From positions 8,941,410 to 9,005,409 of the forward strand of contig CM082595.2 of the NCBI GenBank assembly GCA_040954595.2: 64,000 nucleotides of DNA. Direction: 5' to 3'. The stretch is from Balanoglossus misakiensis (Eukaryota; Animalia; Hemichordata). Under the pieces are notes generated by a model. The model had not been told where the DNA came from. It made no database searches and worked only from the letters and a program-made list of their open reading frames with translations. A program made the translations under genes and the position numbers. Shown one piece after another: positions 21,601 to 33,600 of the stretch (the first letter of the stretch is position 1; every line of letters begins with the position of its first letter).

Positions 21601-24600
21601 TGTTGATGATTTTCATGAGCTATAGCCCATGATTTTTTTTTCAAAAATCGACGAACCCATGTTTTTTTTTTCAAAAATCGACGATATTTTGAGATTTCGC
21701 AAAGTTGAAAATTTGACATTTGTTGATGATTTTCATGAGCTATAGCCCATGATTTTTTTTTTCAAAAATCGACGAAATTTTGAGATTTGCAAAGTCGAAC
21801 ATTGGTCATTTTGATGATTTTCACCCATTTTTTTTTTCAAAAATCGACGAACCCATGATTTTTTTTCAAAATCGACGAAATTTTGAGATTTTGCAGCCGA
21901 AAATTTGTCATTTTTTGATGATTTTCACCCATGATTTTTTTTTCAAATTCGACAAAATTTTGAGATTTTGCAAAGTCGAAAATTTGTCATTTTTTGATGA
22001 TTTTCACCCATGTTTTTTTAAAAAATCAACGAACCCATGATTTTTTTCAAAATCAACGAAATTTTGAGATTTTGCAAAATCAAAAATTTGTCATTTTTTG
22101 ATTATTTTCACCATGATTTTTTTCAAAAATCGACCAAATTTTGAGATTTTGCAGTCGAAAATTTTTAATTTTTTGATGATTTTCACCCATGTTTTTTTTT
22201 CAGAAATCGACGAACCCATGATTTATTTCGAAATCGACGAAATTTTGAGATTTTGCAGCCGAAAATTTGTCATTTTTTGATGATTTTCACCCATGATTTT
22301 TTTTCAAAAATCGACGAACCCATAATTTTTTTCAAAATCGACGAAATTTTGAGATTTCGCAAAGTTGAAAATTTGACATTTGTTGATGATTTTCATGAGC
22401 TATAGCCCATGATTTTTTTTTTCAAAAATCGACGAAATTTTGAGATTTTGCAGTCGAAAATTTGTCATTTTGTTGATTTTCACCCATGTTTTTTTTAAAC
22501 AATCGACGAACCCATGATTTTTTTTCAAAATCGACGAACTTTTGAGATTTTGCAAAATCGAAAATTTGTCATTTTTTGATGATTTTCACTCATGATTTTT
22601 TTTCAAAAATCGACGAACCCATAATTTTTTTCAAAATCGACGAAATTTTGAGGTTTTGCAAAGTCGAAAATTTTTCATTTTTTGATGATTTTCACCCATG
22701 TTTTTTTTAAAAATCAACGAACCCATGATTTTTTTTCAAAATCGACGAAATTTTGAAATTTTGCAAAATCAAAAATTTGTCATTTTTTGATGATTTTCAC
22801 CATGATTTTTTTCAAAAATCTACCAAATTTTGAGATTTTGCAGTCGAAAATTTTTAATTTTTTGATGATTTTCACCCATGTTTTTTTTTCAAAAATCGAC
22901 GAACCCATGATTTTTTTCGAAATCGACGAAATTTTGAGATTTTGCAGTCGAAAATTTGTCATTTTTTGATGATTTTCACCCATGATTTTTTTCAAAAATC
23001 GACGAACCCATAATTTTTTTCAAAATCGACGAAATTTTGAGATTTCGCAAAGTTGAAAATTTGACATTTGTTGATGATTTTCATGAGCTATAGCCCATGA
23101 TTTTTTTTTCAAAAATCGACGAACCCATGTTTTTTTTTTCAAAAATCGACGATATTTTGAGATTTCGCAAAGTTGAAAATTTGACATTTGTTGATGATTT
23201 TCATGAGCTATAGCCCATGATTTTTTTTTTTAAAAATCGACGAAATTTTGAGATTTGCAAAGTCGAACATTGGTCATTTTGATGATTTTCACCCATTTTT
23301 TTTTTCAAAAATCGACGAACCCATGATTTTTTTTCAAAATCGACGAAATTTTGAGATTTTGCAAAGTCGAAAATTTGTCATTTTTTGATGATTTTCATCC
23401 ATGTTTTTTTTCACAATTCAACGAACCCATGATTGTTTTCAAAATCGACGAAATTTTGAGATTTTGCAAGAACCCATGATTTTTGTCAAAAATCGACGAA
23501 ATTTTGAGATTTTGCAGTCGAAAATTTGTCATTTTTTGATGGTTTTCACCCATGTTTTTCTAAAAAATCGACGAACCCGTGATTTTTTTTCAAAATCGAC
23601 GAAATTTTGAGATTTTGCAAAATCAAAAATTTGTCATTTTTTTGATGATTTTCACCCATGATTTTTTTTCAAAAATCGACGAAATTTTGAGATTTTGCAG
23701 TCGAAAATTTGTCATTTTTTGATGATTTTCACCCATGATTTTTTTCAAAAATCGACGAACCCATAATTTTTTTCAAAATCGACGAAATTTTGAGATTTTG
23801 CAAAGTCGAAAATTTGTCATTTTTTGATGATTTTCACCCATGTTTTTTTTCAAAAATCGACGAACCCATGTTTTTTTTTCAAAAATCGACGATATTTTGA
23901 GATTTCGCAAAGTTGAAAATTTGACATTTGTTGATGATTTTCATGAGCTATAGCCAATGATTTTTTTTTTCAAAAATCGACGAAATTTTGAGATTTTGCA
24001 GTCGAAAATTTGTCATTTTGTTGATTTTCACCCATGTTTTTTTTAAACAATCGACGAACCCATGATTTTTTTTCAAAATCGACGAACTTTTGAGATTTTG
24101 CAAAATCGAAAATTTGTCATTTTTTGATGATTTTCACTCATGATTTTTTTTCAAAAATCGACGAACCCATAATTTTTTTCAAAATCGACGAAATTTTGAG
24201 GTTTTGCAAAGTCGAAAATTTTTCATTGTTGATTTTCACCCATGTTTTTTTTTAAAAATCAACGAACCCATGATTTTTTTTCAAAATCGACGAAATTTTG
24301 AAATTTTGCAAAATCAAAAATTTGTCATTTTTTGATGATTTGCACCATGATTTTTTTCAAAAATCGACCAAATTTTGAGATTTTGCAGTCGAAAATTTTT
24401 AATTTTTTGATGATTTTCACCCATGTTTTTTTTTCAAAAATCGACGAACCCATGATTTTTTTCGAAATCGACGAAATTTTGAGATTTTGCAGTCGAAAAT
24501 TTGTCATTTTTTGATGATTTTCACCCATGATTTTTTTCAAAAATCGACGAACCCATAATTTTTTTCAAAATCGACGAAATTTTGAGATTTCGCAAAGTTG

Positions 24601-27600
24601 AAAATTTGACATTTGTTGATGATTTTCATGAGCTATAGCCCATGATTTTTTTTTCAAAAATCGACGAACCCATGTTTTTTTTTTCAAAAATCGACGATAT
24701 TTTGAGATTTCGCAAAGTTGAAAATTTGACATTTGTTGATGATTTTCATGAGCTATAGCCCATGATTTTTTTTTTCAAAAATCGACGAAATTTTGAGATT
24801 TGCAAAGTCGAACATTGGTCATTTTGATGATTTTCACCCATTTTTTTTTTCAAAAATCGACGAACCCATGATTTTTTTTCAAAATCGACGAAATTTTGAG
24901 ATTTTGCAAAGTCGAAAATTTGTCATTTTTTGATGATTTTCATCCATGTTTTTTTTCACAATTCAACGAACCCATGATTGTTTTCAAAATCGACGAAATT
25001 TTGCGATTTTGCAAGAACCCATGATTTTTGTCAAAAATCGACGAAATTTTGAGATTTTGCAGTCGAAAATTTGTCATTTTTTGATGGTTTTCACCCATGT
25101 TTTTCTAAAAAATCGACGAACCCGTGATTTTTTTTCAAAATCGACGAAATTTTGAGATTTTGCAAAATCAAAAATTTGTCATTTTTTTGATGATTTTCAC
25201 CCATGATTTTTTTTCAAAAATCGACGAAATTTTGAGATTTTGCAGTCGAAAATTTGTCATTTTTTGATGATTTTCACCCATGATTTTTTTCAAAAATCGA
25301 CGAACCCATAATTTTTTTCAAAATCGACGAAATTTTGAGATTTTGCAAAGTCGAAAATTTGTCATTTTTTGATGATTTTCACCCATGTTTTTTTTCAAAA
25401 ATCGACGAACCCATGTTTTTTTTTCAAAAATCGACGATATTTTGAGATTTCGCAAAGTTGAAAATTTGACATTTGTTGATGATTTTCATGAGCTATAGCT
25501 AATGATTTTTTTTTTCAAAAATCGACGAAATTTTGAGATTTTGCAGTCGAAAATTTGTCATTTTGTTGATTTTCACCCATGTTTTTTTTAAACAATCGAC
25601 GAACCCATGATTTTTTTTCAAAATCGACGAACTTTTGAGATTTTGCAAAATCGAAAATTTGTCATTTTTTGATGATTTTCACTCATGATTTTTTTTCAAA
25701 AATCGACGAACCCATAATTTTTTTCAAAATCGACGAAATTTTGAGGTTTTGCAAAGTCGAAAATTTTTCATTTTTTGATGATTTTCACCCATGTTTTTTT
25801 TTAAAAATCAACGAACCCATGATTTTTTTTCAAAATCGACGAAATTTTGAAATTTTGCAAAATCAAAAATTTGTCATTTTTTGATGATTTTCACCATGAT
25901 TTTTTTCAAAAATCGACCAAATTTTGAGATTTTGCAGTCGAAAATTTTTAATTTTTTGATGATTTTCACCCATGTTTTTTTTTTCAAAAATCGACGAACC
26001 CATGATTTTTTTCGAAATCGACGAAATTTTGAGATTTTGCAGTCGAAAATTTGTCATTTTTTGATGATTTTCACCCATGATTTTTTTCAAAAATCGACGA
26101 ACCCATAATTTTTTTCAAAATCGACGAAATTTTGAGATTTCGCAAAGTTGAAAATTTGACATTTGTTGATGATTTTCATGAGCTATAGCCCATGATTTTT
26201 TTTTCAAAAATCGACGAACCCATGTTTTTTTTTTCAAAAATCGACGATATTTTGAGATTTCGCAAAGTTGAAAATTTGACATTTGTTGATGATTTTCATG
26301 AGCTATAGCCCATGATTTTTTTTTTCAAAAATCGACGAAATTTTGAGATTTGCAAAGTCGAACATTGGTCATTTTGATGATTTTCACCCATTTTTTTTTT
26401 TCAAAAATCGACGAACCCATGATTTTTTTTCAAAATCGACGAAATTTTGAGATTTTGCAAAGTCGAAAATTTGTCATTTTTTGATGATTTTCATCCATGT
26501 TTTTTTTCACAATTCAACGAACCCATGATTGTTTTCAAAATCGACGAAATTTTGAGATTTTGCAAGAACCCATGATTTTTTTCAAATTCGACAAAATTTT
26601 GAGATTTTGCAAAGTCGAAAATTTGTCATTTTTTGATGATTTTCACCCATGTTTTTTTAAAAAATCAACGAACCCATGATTTTTTTCAAAATCAACGAAA
26701 TTTTGAGATTTTGCAAAATCAAAAATTTGTCATTTTTTGATTATTTTCACCATGATTTTTTTCAAAAATCGACCAAATTTTGAGATTTTGCAGTCGAAAA
26801 TTTTTAATTTTTTGATGATTTTCACCCATGTTTTTTTTTCAGAAATCGACGAACCCATGATTTATTTCGAAATCGACGAAATTTTGAGATTTTGCGGCCG
26901 AAAATTTGTCATTTTTTGATGATTTTCACCCATGATTTTTTTTCAAAAATCGACGAACCCATAATTTTTTTCAAAATCGACGAAATTTTGAGATTTCGCA
27001 AAGTTGAAAATTTGACATTTGTTGATGATTTTCATGAGCTATAGCCCATGATTTTTTTTTCAAAAATCGACGAACCCATGTTTTTTTTTTCAAAAATCGA
27101 CGATATTTTGAGATTTCGCAAAGTTGAAAATTTGACATTTGTTGATGATTTTTATGAGCTATAGCCCATGATTTTTTTTTTCAAAAATCGACGAAATTTT
27201 GAGATTTGCAAAGTCGAACATTGGTCATTTTGATGATTTTCACCCATTTTTTTTTCAAAAATCTACGAACCCATGATTTTTTTTCAAAATCGACGAAATT
27301 TTGAGATTTTGCAAAGTCGAAAATTTGTCATTTTTTGATGATTTTCACCCATGATTTTTTTCACAATTCAACGAACCCATGATTGTTTTCAAAAGTGACG
27401 AAATTTTGAGATTTTGCAAGAACCCATGATTTTTTTCAAATTCGACGAAATTTTGCGATTTTGCAATGTCGAAAATTTGTCATTTTTTGATGATTTTCAC
27501 CCATGATTTTTTGCAAAAATCGACGAACCCATGATTTTTTCCAAAATCGACGAAATTTTGAGATTTTGCAAAGTCGAAAATTTGTCATTTTTTCATGATT

Positions 27601-27674
27601 TTCATCCATGTTTTTTTTTCAAAATTCAACGAACCCATGATTTTTTTCAAAATCGACGAAATTTTGAGATTTTG
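12660..27674 (+). repeat. Satellite block A: 78-bp monomers and ~105-bp variants in ~1.55-kb higher-order repeats
   Basis: Consensus TTTTTTGATGATTTTCACCCATGATTTTTTTCAAAAATCGACGAAATTTTGAGATTTTGCAAAGTCGAAAATTTGTCA. Many monomers carry an extra ~27-bp ACCCATGATTTTTTTCAAAATCGACGA. Marker ORFs recur at 1548, 1545, 1551 and 1444 bp. Confidence 0.97.
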
Positions 27675-30600
27675 CAAAATCTCAAAATTTCGTGGATTTT
27701 TGAAAAAAAACTAATGGTTGAAAATCATCAAAAAATGACAAATAAATCTCAAAATTTCGTCGATTTGTGAAAAAAAATCCTGGGTGAAAATCATCAAAAA
27801 ATGACAAATTTTCGACTTTGCAAAATCTCAAAATTTCGTCGATTTTTGAAAAAAATCATGGGTGAAAATCATCAAAAAATGACAAATTTTCGACTTTGCA
27901 AAATCTCAAAATTTCGTCGATTTTGAAAAAAATCATGGGTTCGTCGATTTTTTAAAAACAACATTGGTGAAAATCATCAAAAAATGACAAATTTTCGACT
28001 TTGCAAAATCTCAAAATTTCGTCGATTTTTAAAAAAAAATCATGGATGAAAATCATTAAAAAATGACAAATTTTCGACTTTGCAAAAACTCAACATTTCG
28101 TCGATTTTCGAAAAAAATCATGGGTGAAAATCATCAAAAAATGACAAATTTTCGACTTTGCGAAATCTCAAAATTTCGTCGATTTTTGAAAAAAATCATG
28201 GGTGAAAATCATCAAAAAATGACAAATTTTCGACTTTGCAAAATCTCAAAATTTCGTCGATTTTTGAAAAAAAATAATGGTTGAAAATCATCAAAAAATG
28301 ACAAATTTTCGACTTTGCAAAATCTCAAAATTTCGTCGATTTTGAAAAAAATCATGGGTTCGTCGATTTTTTAAAAACAACATTGGTGAAAATCATCAAA
28401 AAATGACAAATTTTCGACTTTGCAAAATCTCAAAATTTCGTCGATTTTTAAAAAAAAATCATGGTTGAAAATCATCAAAAAATGACAAATTTTCGACTTT
28501 GCAAAAACTCAACATTTCGTCGATTTTCGAAAAAAATCATGGGTGAAAATCATCAAAAAATGACAAATTTTCGACTTTGCAAAATCTCAAAATTTCATCA
28601 ATTTTTGAAAAAATCATGGGTGAAAATCATCAAAAAATGACAAAATTTTCGACTTTGCAAAATCTCAAAATTTCGTCGATTTTTGAAAAAAAATTATTGT
28701 TGAAAATCATCAAAAAATGACAAAATTTTCGAGTTTGCAAAATCACACAATTTCGCCGATTTTGAAAAAAATCATAGGTTCGTCGATTTTTTAAAAAAAA
28801 ACATGGGTGAAAATCATCAAAAAATGACAAATTTTCGACTTTGCAAAATCTCAAAATTTCGTCGATTTTTGAAAAAAATCATGGGGGAAAATCATCAAAA
28901 AATGACAAATTTTCGACTTTGCAAAATCTCAAAATTTCGTCCATTTTTGAAAAAAAATCATGGAGGAAAATCATTAAAAAATGACAAATTTACGACTGCA
29001 AAATCTCAAAATTTCGTCCATTTGTGAAAAAAAATCCTGGGTGAAAATCATCAAAAAATGACAAATTTTCGACTTTGCAAAATCTCAAAATTTCGTCGAT
29101 TTTTGAAAAAAATCATGGGTGAAAATCATCAAAAAATGACAAATTTTCGACTTCGCAAAATCTCAACATTTCGTCGATTTTTGAAAAAAATCATAGGTGA
29201 AAATCATCAAAAAGTGACAAATTTTCGACTTTGCAAAATCTCAAAATTTCGTCGATTTTTGAAAAAAAATAATGGTTGAAAATCATCAAAAAATGACAAA
29301 TAAATCTCAAAATTTCGTCGATTTGTGAAAAAAAATCCTGGGTGAAAATCATCAAAAAATGACAAATTTTCGACCTTGCAAAATCTCAAAATTTCGTCGA
29401 TTTTTGAAAAAAATCATGGGTGAAAATCATCAAAAAATGACAAATTTTCGACTTTGCAAAATCTCAAAATTTCGTCGATTTTTGAAAAAAAATCATGGAG
29501 GAAAATCATTGAAAAATGACAAATTTACTACTGCAAAATCTCAAAATTTCGTCGATTTGTGAAAAAAAATCCTGGGTGAAAATCATCAAAAAATGATAAA
29601 TTTTTGACTTTGCAAAACCTCAAAATTTCGTCGATTTTGAAAAAAATCATGGGTTCGTCGATATTTTAAAAACAACATTGGTGAAAATCATCAAAAAATG
29701 ACAAATTTTCGACTTTGCAAAATCTCAAAATTTCGTCGATTTTTAAAAAAAAATCATGGATGAAAATCATCAAAAAATGACAAATTTTCGACTTTGCAAA
29801 AACTCTACATTTCGTCGATTTTCGAAAAAAATCATGGGTGAAAATCATCAAAAAATGACAAATTTTCGACTTTGCGAAATCTCAAAATTTCGTCGATTTT
29901 TGAAAAAAATCATGGGTGAAAATCATCAAAAAATGACAAATTTTCGACTTTGCAAAATCTCAAAATTTCGTCGATTTTTGAAAAAAAATAATGGTTGAGA
30001 ATCATCAAAAAATGACAAATTTTCGACTTTGCAAAATCTCAAAATTTCGTCGATTTTGAAAAAAATCATGGGTTCGTCGATTTTTTAAAAACAACATTGG
30101 TGAAAATCATCAAAAAATGACAAATTTTCGACTTTGCAAAATCTCAAAATTTCGTCGATTTTTAAAAAAAAATCATGGATGAAAATCATCAAAAAATGAC
30201 AAATTTTCGACTTTGCAAAAACTCAACATTTCGTCGATTTTCGAAAAAAATCATGGGTGAAAATCATCAAAAAATGACAAATTTTCGACTTTGCAAAATC
30301 TCAAAATTTCATCAATTTTTGAAAAAATCATGGGTGAAAATCATCAAAAAATGACAAAATTTTCGACTTTGCAAAATCTCAAAATTTCGTCGATTTTTGA
30401 AAAAAAATTATTGTTGAAAATCATCAAAAAATGACAAAATTTTCGAGTTTGCAAAATCACACAATTTCGCCGATTTTGAAAAAAATCATAGGTTCGTCCA
30501 TTTTTTTAAAAAAAACATGGGTGAAAATCATCAAAAAATGACAAATTTTCGACTTTGCAAAATCTCAAAATTTCGTCGATTTTGAAAAAAATCATGGGTT

Positions 30601-33600
30601 CGTCGATTTTTTAAAAACAACATTGGTGAAAATCATCAAAAAATGACAAATTTTCGACTTTGCAAAATCTCAAAATTTCGTCGATTTTTAAAAAAAAATC
30701 ATGGATGAAAATCATCAAAAAATGACAAATTTTCGACTTTGCAAAAACTCTACATTTCGTCGATTTTCGAAAAAAATCATGGGTGAAAATCATCAAAAAA
30801 TGACAAATTTTCGACTTTGCGAAATCTCAAAATTTCGTCGATTTTTGAAAAAAATCATGGGTGAAAATCATCAAAAAATGACAAATTTTCGACTTTGCAA
30901 AATCTCAAAATTTCGTCGATTTTTGAAAAAAAATAATGGTTGAGAATCATCAAAAAATGACAAATTTTCGACTTTGCAAAATCTCAAAATTTCGTCGATT
31001 TTGAAAAAAATCATGGGTTCGTCGATTTTTTAAAAACAACATTGGTGAAAATCATCAAAAAATGACAAATTTTCGACTTTGCAAAATCTCAAAATTTCGT
31101 CGATTTTTGAAAAAAAATAATGGTTGAGAATCATCAAAAAATGACAAATTTTCGACTTTGCAAAATCTCAAAATTTCGTCGATTTTGAAAAAAATCATGG
31201 GTTCGTCGATTTTTTAAAAACAACATTGGTGAAAATCATCAAAAAATGACAAATTTTCGACTTTGCAAAATCTCAAAATTTCGTCGATTTTTAAAAAAAA
31301 ATCATGGATGAAAATCATCAAAAAATGACAAATTTTCGACTTTGCAAAAACTCAACATTTCGTCGATTTTCGAAAAAAATCATGGGTGAAAATCATCAAA
31401 AAATGACAAATTTTCGACTTTGCAAAATCTCAAAATTTCATCAATTTTTGAAAAAATCATGGGTGAAAATCATCAAAAAATGACAAAATTTTCGACTTTG
31501 CAAAATCTCAAAATTTCGTCGATTTTTGAAAAAAAATTATTGTTGAAAATCATCAAAAAATGACAAAATTTTCGAGTTTGCAAAATCACACAATTTCGCC
31601 GATTTTGAAAAAAATCATAGGTTCGTCCATTTTTTTAAAAAAAACATGGGTGAAAATCATCAAAAAATGACAAATTTTCGACTTTGCAAAATCTCAAAAT
31701 TTCGTCGATTTTTGAAAAAAATCATGGGGGAAAATCATCAAAAAATGACAAATTTTCGACTTTGCAAAATCTCAAAATTTCGTCTATTTTTGAAAAAAAA
31801 TCATGGAGGAAAATCATTAAAAAATGACAAATTTACGACTGCAAAATCTCAAAATTTCGTCCATTTGTGAAAAAAAATCCTGGGTGAAAATCATCAAAAA
31901 ATGACAAATTTTCGACTTTGCAAAATCTCAAAATTTCGTCGATTTTTGAAAAAAAATAATGGTTGAAAATCATCAAAAAATGACAAATAAATCTCAAAAT
32001 TTCGTCGATTTGTGAAAAAAAATCCTGGGTGAAAATCATCAAAAAATGACAAATTTTCGACCTTGCAAAATCTCAAAATTTCGTCGATTTTTAAAAAAAA
32101 TCATGGGTGAAAATCATCAAAAAATGACAAATTTTCGACTTTGCAAAATCTCAAAATTTCGTCGATTTTTGAAAAAAAATCATGGAGGAAAATCATTAAA
32201 AAATGACAAATTTACAACTGCAAAATCTCAAAATTTCGTCGATTTGTGAGAAAAATCATGGGCAAAAATCATCAAAAAATGACAAATTTTCGACTTTGCA
32301 AAATCTCAAAATTTCGTCGATTTTTGAAAAAAATCATGGGTTCGTTTATTTTTGAAAAAAAATATGGGTGAAAATCATCAAAAAATTACAAATTTTCGAC
32401 TTTGTAAAATCGCAAAATTTCGTACATTTTTGAAAAAAAATCATGGGTGAAAATCATCAAAAAATGACAAATTTTCGTCTTTGCAAAATCTCAAAATTTC
32501 GAACATTTTTCAAAAAAAATCATGGGTGAAAATCATCAAAAAATGACAAATTTTCGTCTTTGCAAAATTTCAAAATTTAGTACATTTTTGAAAAAAAATC
32601 ATGGGTGAAAATCATCAAAAAATGACAAATTTTCGACTTTGCAAAATCTCAAAATTTCGTCGATTTTTGAAAAAAAATCATGGAGGAAAATCATTAAAAA
32701 ATGACAAATTTACGACTGCAAAATCTCAAAATTTCGTCGATTTGTGAAAAAAAATCATGGGTGAAAATCATCAAAAAATGACAAATTTTCGACATTGCAA
32801 AATCTCAAAATTTCGTCGATTTTTGAAAAAAATCATGGGTGAAAATCATCAAAAAATGACAAATTTTCGACTTTGCAAAAACTCAACATTTCGTCGATTT
32901 TCGAAAAAAATCATGGGTGAAAATCATCAAAAAATGACAAATTTTCGACTTTGCGAAATCTCAAAATTTCGTCGATTTTTGAAAAAAATCATGGGTGAAA
33001 ATCATCAAAAAATGACAAATTTTCGACTTTGCAAAATCTCAAAATTTCGTCGATTTTTGAAAAAAAATAATGGTTGAAAATCATCAAAAAATGACAAATT
33101 TTCGACTTTGCAAAATCTCAAAATTTCGTCGATTTTTAAAAAAAAATCATGGATGAAAATCATCAAAAAATGACAAATTTTCGACTTTGCAAAAACTCAA
33201 CATTTCGTCGATTTTCGAAAAAAATCATGGGTGAAAATCATCAAAAAATGACAAATTTTCGTCTTTGCAAAATTTCAAAATTTCGTCGATTTTTGAGAAA
33301 AATCATGGGCAAAAATCATCAAAAAATGACAAATTTTCGACTTTGCAAAATCTCAAAATTTCGTCGATTTTTGAAAAAAAATAATGGTTGAAAATCATCA
33401 AAAAATGACAAATTTTCGACTTTGCAAAATCTCAAAATTTCGTCGATTTTTAAAAAAAAATCATGGATGAAAATCATCAAAAAATGACAAATTTTCGACT
33501 TTGCAAAAACTCAACATTTCGTCGATTTTCGAAAAAAATCATGGGTGAAAATCATCAAAAAATGACAAATTTTCGACTTTGCAAAATCTCAAAATTTCAT

